A stretch of DNA of 64,000 nt from Piedraia hortae CBS 480.64 (Eukaryota), in assembly GCA_010093745.1 (NCBI GenBank), contig MU005957.1, positions 62,001-126,000 on the forward strand, in the 5' to 3' direction. Made by a program: the position numbers and the translations under genes. Below the pieces are notes generated by a model that was not told the origin of the DNA, searched no databases, and was given only the letters and a program-made list of their open reading frames with translations. Below are positions 1-8,041 of the stretch, piece by piece (position 1 is the first letter of the stretch; every line of letters begins with the position of its first letter).

Positions 1-363
1 GGAATACATCCCGTATGTGGGTGGTGTGGTTATGATTTTGTCTTTTCCTGGGACGCAGAAGGCGCGCATAAGGGCGTCGATGAGCTCGTCGCTGCCGACG
101 CCGAGGAAGAGGTTTTCTTCTGTGAGTGGATTTGTGGGGTTTTCGTTTCGGAGGGCGCAGATGGCTTGTTTGAGCTCGTTTTGGTGGGGGTCTGGGTAGC
201 GGTTTAGGGGACCTTCGGAGGGGGAGAGGGAGTGTCCGTGTGTGTTCTCGTTGGCGTCCAGGAGGATCTGGCCTGGTGCTTCTTTGTAGTCATCGCGTGC
301 GCAACGGTATGGGGTTAGAGAGAGGATGTTGGGACGCGCGCAGGTGGAGAGGTTGAATGCCAT
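1..363 (-). CDS. HIS5: Histidinol-phosphate aminotransferase, 5' part (runs off window start)
   Basis: Manual translation from ATG at 363: MAFNLSTCARPNILSLTPYRCARDDY...ILLDANEN...LNRYPDPHQ...LFLGVGSDELIDALMRAFCVPGKDKIITTPPTYGMY, characteristic HisC/His5 N-terminus. Confidence 0.95.
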   Translation of the reverse strand, partial: MAFNLSTCARPNILSLTPYRCARDDYKEAPGQILLDANENTHGHSLSPSEGPLNRYPDPHQNELKQAICALRNENPTNPLTEENLFLGVGSDELIDALMRAFCVPGKDKIITTPPTYGMYS

Positions 364-523
364 TTATGGGGATGTTGGTTGTTGTGCGTGGTGGGAGATT
401 TGGTTGGTGGGTGACGTTATCGTTGACTTCTTTTTGGGTGCGTCTAAAGGGCGATTTTTTTCACGTTCGCTCAATGGTGGCCCTTCACTCGTACCCATTT
501 TCACCACACCTATAGCATTCTGA

Positions 524-1760
524 ATGGCTTCCAATCCTCTCACTAAACGTGCATATCTCACTCGTCAACTATATTGACTCTCATCCTTCAGTGGTCCTGT
601 ACAGTCTCCGTTGTGAGGCACTGTATGCTGAAGAAGAAGAGGTTTGGGAGGAAGATAAAACAGTCTTCCTCAATGCCATTACATCCAATATGACGCCTAG
701 CCACCCTCGCCAATAAGGACATATTTGGGATCAGCATGTTGGCTAAATTAGCGTTGGCCAGTTCAAGCATATGTTCCGTCTCACCCGTGAAAACCTTTCG
801 CCTTTTACTGGATTCGACCTCTCGTCATCTCGACAAAACTCCCAGGCATTAAATACCTCTAAAGTCCTAGCGGTGGGCATTTATCGCATCAAGGAAGGCC
901 GGATAAGTGCAAAGAAACTCTTTCAGGAATCACTGAATGCAATCTGATTTGGCTATCACGGGCCTGGGCCCAATTTCCAGATTGGAAAGAGCACAGCGCA
1001 GAAGTGCTCGGTCAAGGCATCAATAGGCGCCTGTCACACCTGCTCAGCTTTTCTGTGGAAGGCGAGCAGTGAGATGCCGTGGCTGCTGGGTTTTCTCATA
1101 AATACCATGATCCTTTCAACGGGTGTTTGGGGACCATTGATGGATCACACATCCCAATTCCCGGCCCAAGCTTTCTAGTTGATCCTTGGCGGACGTACTA
1201 CAATCGCAAGCACTTCCATTCCATCAACATGCTTGCGATTGTTGATGCGGACTCACGATTTCTGTGAGCTGACGCCTGATGGCCCGGGTCGACACACGAC
1301 TCACGTGTGTTGAATGTCGACTTCGCGGATGCGGCCGAAGGACAGTTTCTCCCTCTCGGCGGTTACGTTCTCGGTGACTCTGGGTTCGCGCTGAAGTCCT
1401 AGCTGCTGACACCGTACCTGGAGAGCACGGCGCAAGCAAACCCCCGTTGTAGACGATCCAAAATTGTCCACTCTTCTACGAGAATTGGTTGTGAAGCGCG
1501 CCTTCGGCACGCTGAAATCAAGGTGGAGGATTCTCCTCCATCAAGTCTCTGCCAAACCGCAGTTGTGCGAGGCCACAATCTTGGACTGTCTCGTTCAGCA
1601 CAATATTTGTCTGTCATGTGACGATGATTTCCTGCCGAAGTGGAGAGTTGAGGAGTTCGATTGGGTCGCTTTCAGCTCGCCACCGAGAGTAGAGACTCGG
1701 TATAGGAAGGAGACGAGACTGAATGCATGGCGCAATCGCCTGAGGGACTCATTACAGTAA
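524..1760 (+). mobile_element. PIF/Harbinger DDE transposase (DDE_Tnp_4/HARBI1-like) pseudogene
   Basis: Ordered motifs across frameshifts and stops: FKHMFRLTRE, LAVGIYRI, FQIGKSTA, GCLGTIDGSHIPI, YYNRKHFHSINMLAIVDADSRF, WPGSTHDSRV, VLGDSGF, LLTPY, VKRAFGTLKSRWRIL, CLVQHNIC; start position approximate. Confidence 0.92.
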
Positions 1761-1781
1761 GCGTTGTACGTGGATGAAAAT

Positions 1782-2140
1782 CTATGCCGATCTATCCAAA
1801 AGTTGATGCAGACTATCTTGTATATCCAATTGAGCCTTTGCTAGTTCATCTCGGCGCTATATCACTGTTTTTAGACCCTCCTGTAGCCCTCCTATGTCTT
1901 TCAAGTGTCTATTCTCCATAGCTCTGACAGAACTTGACAGCATGTTCGTGGATTGCATTTAGGCAACCCTGGCTTTGTCCAAGGCTTTCCATTTCGCTTG
2001 GAGGTACTCAATTACCTCAGAAGAGGGCCCATTTCCACCCCTTGCGCGGCCGCCGCAAGCAGAAGGGGGATGGGGCGTTCTGAAGGCCGGGCTGCTGCTT
2101 GCCATCGCAGGAACACTGGCCACGATGATCGCGAAGTCGC
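1782..2140 (-). pseudogene. Probable C-terminal remnant of the Harbinger second ORF, tail-to-tail with the transposase
   Basis: One minus frame reads SEVIEYLQAKWKALDKARVA*...AMENRHLKDIGGLQEGLKTVI*RRDELAKAQLDIQDSLHQLLDRSA* (coiled-coil-like); final stop 21 nt from the transposase stop, as in convergent Harbinger ORF pairs. Confidence 0.45.
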
Positions 2141-2169
2141 TGGTTCAATGGGGTTCTCCAGCACGTCTC

Positions 2170-2930
2170 CATGCCGTCGATTAGTTTAGCTTCCTCAAAG
2201 TGGTCGTACTGGGGGGGAATGATGTCAGTGAAGCAACACCCCAAAGGGCAGTCACTTCCGTTTACTTCTCTACTGAACAACGGCATTCCGTCACTGTTGG
2301 TGCTGTGGGTAGCATCCATGACCATCTCCTTGACCTTTCTAATGACCGCAGGCGTTAACCTCTTTGGGAAGAACGCCAATGCTTGCATGTTGCCGTCATG
2401 CAGAACTACAAGACTGTATTTTTCATGATGCAACCGTAGAAGCGAATTTGCCGATTCGAAGGGATCGGCGTGTAATCTCCACCGCCCGCTGCTCAATCTT
2501 GTCCATTGGTAGTGTATTTGTTCTGGGCGGAAAACCTCCCATCCCGGAAATTGGGCGGACGCCATCTGTCGATGATATTCCTTCGGTGTGGAGGTCATGA
2601 CCTGCTCATTGACGAGATCTAAGCACTAGGATGACAAGTGCACGTTGACGTACTTCGTGTGGTTGATATGCCGAAACCTAATCCCCGGCTGGCGGGCCTG
2701 GGTATCCAGCGAGAAAGTGAGAAGGGTTTGGCAGGGCACACGCCATCTCGACACTCGGTCTCTGCCGGAACTTGCCTGTCCCGCGTGACTGGCGTACCCT
2801 TGGTCGCTTTCCTGAGAACAGTGGTAAATGTAGGACTGTGAGCGGGTGTTCGACTTGTGGATGCCGAAGTTATGGCTACTCATTTGGTAAATGATATTCC
2901 GAAGTTGTTTTACACCATGCGCAAGTTATT
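2170..2930 (-). mobile_element. Mutator-like (MULE) transposase fragment, truncated after the first catalytic Asp
   Basis: ORFs 2626-2883 and 2017-2598 share one frame split by one TAG: YIYHCSQ...RVPC...HINH (WRKY/FAR1-like Zn finger), TPKEY...QIHYQW...WRLHADPFESA, then EMVMDATHSTN...LFS.EVNG..PLG (MULE domain start). Confidence 0.8.
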
Positions 2931-3159
2931 GGCGGTGGGTTAATGTTCGCTCCATCCCGGGATGATTAACCGCGGGCTGGTCGTGCCACTCGCGGAGGAA
3001 ACATGCCACCAATGATTTGGGCACGAGTATTCGGCCGTCCATGTAAAGAGCACGGTGACGGTAAAGGGTGGCTCGAAAAGTGCGGCTCATTCTCTAGTTT
3101 TATCTGATTCAGGGTTAGCGGTCGGTTAACCCTTCAAGATCCCTGTAGTTGAATGAACA

Positions 3160-5400
3160 AGGAAGTTCGTCCATATTAAGCGTCCCTATGATTTCTATGG
3201 GGAAATAAGTAACGTGGAAGAATTAGCATTCCAATATGGATGTAGTGGATATGATCCATACGCCCTGGACCCGTTGGTGAAGTTTTCCTTCAAAGTCGGC
3301 CTAAGAATCGCAGTCTGGCGCTGGACGTTTCTTGCTCTTATTTCTATGCGGCCTAGGACATTGTTTCTTATACTCTCCGTTGCGCAAACTTCCCGGATAT
3401 GTTTGGGTTTCTCAGCCTTTTTGCAGCCATTATAGCAGCGCCAGGTGGACGAAAGCTCCTCTTTCGCTGTTACATGGCATGGGGCAGAACACCTAGCTAG
3501 AGGTTGAGTTGTTCTAGGACAGAAGCTATATAATAGTGAGCAGTGAGGTCACGCAGAGGATGCGTGAGAACGGAATTTGTGCCGTGCCATCTTCGGAGCA
3601 AAAGGATTCTGTGATTGGTGGTTCTTGAGATTTAGAGATCCCACGATGCCAAGCCCTTTGCACAAAAAGCGCGCCCGCACCCCGCCCTCTCGCAATATCA
3701 AATTGGAACCAGCTTGAGTGTTTGCTAAGCAATCCATACAGTAATATAAGGGAAGCCGTTACAGGAATGGACGGCTTTCCAAAAGCGCCTAAATAGCCAA
3801 GGAATTGCCTTATTAAAAGGCCATTCATCAGCGTGAAAACGCGTTGGAACACTGCCTTCGATACATCCCCCTAAGAAGAGGAACGAAGGCCTGCAATTGA
3901 GTCCCCCACAACCCCACCAATTCCACCAATTCCACCAACTTCAACATCAACACAATCAACCCACCAACCCAACCGGACTCAACAATGTCTCCATCTATCT
4001 TTGACCAACCCTTTGAGCTCGTCGCAGCCCTCAAGGTCATCAGGTGCCAGCTCTGCGATGAAATCGTCAACCCAAGTGGCGTTAGCGGTCATCTCCACCG
4101 CCCCGGGCACGACCTGCGCCCCGAGAACATTGAAACACTTACATGCAGAGCCTAAGGATTGGTAAGTGCCGTGAATTCGGCCATTTAACATCACAGATGC
4201 AGACTGGCACCTGTTCAACAAGGTGCTGCAGGGTTCGATGAGGGAAGCTCCTGTCGAGTCGCAAGGCGAGCGCTACAGCACCCTTTGCATGGTTCCTCCG
4301 CACTAAGATACCCTCGCCAAGCACTTCAGAGGGTGGATGGCCAGTGAACCAGAGGACAGGGCTCGTCCAGCGAGAAGCGCTCTCGCTGTTACCAATCCAA
4401 GTAACGGGAAGTCTTGGCGAAACTACCAACAGTGATTGAAGCAAAATACCCTCCGAATACTACCATCAGGGTAGTGCGCCCGTTTTATGGACTAGCGGAG
4501 TCTGGGGTACACTGGACCCTCACCCACGGGAAAGCCTCGCCGTAACAACCTCCACATGACCACCTCCTGATATGACCCCCGTTAAAACCTTTGCATCCCA
4601 GCAGTGGTGATGCATCTGGGATGCAAGCTAAAATTTTTCGAGAAGCAGAAGGCAGAAGATGCCAGAAAGCAGATTAAAAAGGCTTTCAAGGATTTCTGGC
4701 ATAATTATTGGTGATTATAGCTCATCAGTTGTAAGGATCATCCATGCGTGTGAATATTGGTAACCATCACTATAATCGCTGTCAACATCTAGGGGTTTTT
4801 GGTTCATGATGTTCATTCATGATCATATTAATTTTGCTGTAAGAGTTTGCCATCAGTGTGCTCGTATCATACGTGATCCGAGGTAGCAAGTTTTGTAAGC
4901 ATCATATCATGCGAGGTTGGTTATGTGAGGTGAGGGAGAGAATGTGAAGGCAGGCTGGACAAGCCAAGTGTCGAAAAGTTGATATCATATCTTCATCTCG
5001 TGAGCGATATCAAGATTGAGTGATGTTGTGCTCCGACGAGATCCGAAATTCGATATGTTTGTCCCTGCACCCTTTCGACTGTTTTCAGGCACTAGAGCGA
5101 CACAACTGTCAGGATCTCAGTCCCAGTTCCAGTGACGTAGTTCGGCACGGCCCGTGAAATCCTACACCACCGAGACAGTTGCCCTTTTGCTCTTCACGCG
5201 TTGTTCTAGTCTTTTAGGCAGTATAGCGTAGCGCACACCGCATACCTCCGTCCCTTGTGCCCTCCGGCCTCTCGGGTCTGACAACGCTAATGCATGCATT
5301 TGCAGGACATTTTTATATCAGAGTGCGTAGCTAACAAAAGTTATGATTGGACGGGATAGGTGATCGGGGGGTCCTGGTCCAGCGTTGTGCGTTGAAATCG
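3160..5400 (+). ncRNA. Candidate large structured non-coding RNA (telomerase-RNA size class; identity unproven)
   Basis: No credible ORF; more than a dozen 7-11 bp helices, several nested or long-range, with G-U pairs mostly on +; boundaries approximate (see findings). Confidence 0.45.
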
Positions 5401-5651
5401 GCAGCCGAAAGCGGAAGAGGGTTGTAAGTTTCCAAAGGGTAAGCGTCAAGGGTTAGGATTGATAATAGGGTTAGGACTCAAACGTGCAGGATACAGGGTA
5501 TCCTGCATCATTAGCACAGAACAGGCTAGCAGCCATAGGGAACAGAGAAGTGGGGCAATTACGTAATTCATCTGCACAAAATGACTTCAACGTGCAGACA
5601 CGTGGTGGGTTTGACAATTTTGACAGTTGTTGGAAACACACGATCAGGACA

Positions 5652-6809
5652 ATGCCTTCGGCGATTCCAGCGACGCCGCGCGTCATTTCGCCGTCTCCGA
5701 CGCCCTCCGAGTCGACGCCGAGTAAAGATTACTTTACAAGGTCCAAGGCGAAGTCACAGCCACCGCGAAACAACGTGACCGCGATCGAAGAGGACGTGCA
5801 GGACCACTATGAAGATCCCGAACTTGCACGCGCGCGGGGTCGCAGCAGGAGCCCGCAGCTCGAGCGCTCGCCCAGGAAGAAGACAAGTACCAAGATGGCG
5901 GATGGCGCGACGAGCAGCGGGACGTCCTTGCACGCGGCCACGCTACGACGGAAAAAAACCGAATTACAGCCGCCCAAGGCTACTAATGGACTGCTGAGTC
6001 CTTCATCAGCGGGATACGGTTCGTCGTATTGGAGGAACCTCAGCCGGTCGCCCAGTCCTCTCGGTCTCATCCCCATCCATCGTGAATGGCGCGCGTTTAT
6101 CCACAAATACGAAGTTCCGCGCAAGTTGCTTCACGTCAGTATCGGATTTGTTGCCCTCTGGGGCTACCATCACGGCCTGCAGCAATCTGACATCTACCCG
6201 CCACTTGCGGTGGGGATGGTGCCCGTCGTGGCCGCCGACTTGGTGCGTTTCAATTGGCCAGCATTCAACCGTTTCTACATCCGCTGGATGGGCGCATTTA
6301 TGCGAGAGAGCGAGGCGCATGACCGCTTCAATGGAACCATCAGCTACATGTTGGGAATCCTGATCACAATGTACTTTTGCCCCAAGGACGTTTCAGTCAT
6401 GTGCCTTTTATTGCTGTCATGGTGTGACACGGCAGCAAGCACTTTTGGACGACTATGGGGGAAATATACGCCTCGAGTGCGAAAGGGAAAGAGTCTGGCT
6501 GGGAGTTTGGCGGCTTTTTTCACCGGTGTGCTGGCGGCTGTTCTGTTTTGGGGAGTTGTTGCACCGCGCGGAAAGGGTGCACTTACGAACACGGGCCTAG
6601 GTCGGTTTGCCTTTGAGGGACATCTCTCTGTTCCCGGCCGTCAGGAGCAGCTGACGGGATGGCCCGCCCTGGCGATGATGGGCGTTGTGTCGGGGATTAT
6701 TGCTAGCGTCAGCGAGGCCATTGACCTCTGGGGTCTCGACGACAACTTGACGATACCTGTCCTCTGTGGACTTGGACTGACCCTGTTCTTACGGTATTTT
6801 GGACAGTAA
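5652..6809 (+). CDS. DGK1: CTP-dependent diacylglycerol kinase
   Basis: MPSAIPATPRVISPSP start; HKYEVPRKLLHVSIG, LMRESE-like FMRESE, LSWCDTAASTFGRLWG, KSLAGS, DDNLTIPV motifs; intronless. Confidence 0.93.
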   Translation: MPSAIPATPRVISPSPTPSESTPSKDYFTRSKAKSQPPRNNVTAIEEDVQDHYEDPELARARGRSRSPQLERSPRKKTSTKMADGATSSGTSLHAATLRRKKTELQPPKATNGLLSPSSAGYGSSYWRNLSRSPSPLGLIPIHREWRAFIHKYEVPRKLLHVSIGFVALWGYHHGLQQSDIYPPLAVGMVPVVAADLVRFNWPAFNRFYIRWMGAFMRESEAHDRFNGTISYMLGILITMYFCPKDVSVMCLLLLSWCDTAASTFGRLWGKYTPRVRKGKSLAGSLAAFFTGVLAAVLFWGVVAPRGKGALTNTGLGRFAFEGHLSVPGRQEQLTGWPALAMMGVVSGIIASVSEAIDLWGLDDNLTIPVLCGLGLTLFLRYFGQ

Positions 6810-7130
6810 ATAGAGTAGCGAATGAATAATGTGTTCTATAACGGCTGTAGAGCAGACGTTGCAACACGTGATGTTGACGAAATAGGGATAAGGCCGTTCG
6901 TCATTGAGATCAGAACACCCCAACTCAACTCAACTCGTACAGCCCCTTCCAAAGTGGATCTTTCAATCCATCAGACCCATAGCCTGTGAACTGTCACTTG
7001 TCAGCTGAGTCATCGTGCAGCTGTCAGCCCCGAGGGCTGAGGCGGTTGTGTGTGTTCTTCAGAACGGAAACAACTTTTTGAACCAAGACAATTAAACCTA
7101 AGAGAAGCAAAAGAAGTCCTAAAACAAACC

Positions 7131-7720
7131 ATGTCCACACCCGCGCGACGCCGCCTGATGCGCGACTTCAAGCGCATGCAAAACGACCCGCCAGCGGGCG
7201 TCAGCGCGAGCCCCATCGCCGACAACGTCATGACGTGGAACGCCGTCATCATCGGACCGGCCGACACACCCTTTGAAGATGGCACGTTCCGGCTCGTGAT
7301 GAATTTTGAGGAACAGTATCCCAACAAGCCGCCCGTCGTCAAGTTCATCTCGCAAATGTTTCATCCAAACGTCTACGCCTCAGGCGAGCTCTGTCTTGAC
7401 ATCCTCCAGAATAGATGGAGTCCCACCTACGATGTAGCTGCCATCTTGACTAGTGTGCAAAGGTAATTAACAAGTCTTGGGGAGGGTGGATGCCGAGAGG
7501 ATGAGTGACACTTCCATGACTCCACCCCACCCCACCCCACCCACCCCACCCTCCATCTCCCATCCATGGTTCAAAAAACTAACGGATTCAATCTAGTCTA
7601 CTCAACGACCCAAACACCTCCTCACCAGCAAACGTCGAAGCAAGCAACCTGTACAAGGACAACCGCAAGGAATACACCAAACGCGTGCGTGAAACGGTAG
7701 AGAAATCGTGGGATGATTAG
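7131..7720 (+). CDS. RAD6: Ubiquitin-conjugating enzyme E2 Rad6/Ubc2; join 7131-7462, 7597-7720
   Basis: [16 protein letters not shown]...[26 protein letters not shown]; intron 7463-7596 (GTAATT...ACTAAC...TAG); exon 2 [13 protein letters not shown]...VEKSWDD*. Confidence 0.97.
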
Positions 7721-8041
7721 TCTAGACATTTGTCTTTTGTGTCTCCATCAAAGAGGGGTTCTGTGATGCATGTGCTCCGGGGGGTTGTAACATGGACTGC
7801 AACGGGCATGGATGGACTTACCGCTTCAGAGGGATGGAGGATGATTCCTGACTCGGTGGGAAAGGTGGCAGAGAGCCTCATATTTGTGCATTGAGTTTCG
7901 TTTTTGCGGTCAGGTAGTGGGATTAGAACATCAGACTGGAACTTCACTCGAAAGACCAATTCACTGAACAGAAACGTGTCGAAGGGTATTATTGAGATTC
8001 TATTCTAACGTCTGTTCTCAGGTACTTGTGTGTAGTCTTTA

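Noticed and set aside
3200..3780. PHD/ADD-finger-like fragments on the minus strand (YYCMDC, CERAGCGRAFC, WRCYNGC)
   Set aside because: Needs several arbitrary frameshifts and the spacing is wrong; kept only as an alternative to the ncRNA reading, testable by profile search
4715..4910. Apparent C/D-box snoRNAs on the minus strand (RTGATG...CTGA pairs)
   Set aside because: C boxes are imperfect, I found no rRNA or snRNA complementarity, and G-U polarity favours the + strand
4517..5312. H/ACA snoRNA, RNase P/MRP, U3 or hammerhead identity for the structured region
   Set aside because: H-like AGAGAA (4937) and ACA (5307) exist but there is no convincing guide pocket or snR30 motif; no P4 partner for GGGAAAGCC; no U3 boxes; CUGAUGA lacks a matching GAAAC core
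5484..5651. GTG-initiated N-terminal extension of DGK1, and similar GTG/TTG starts in the ORF track
   Set aside because: Prokaryote-style starts; downstream ATGs match the family N-termini
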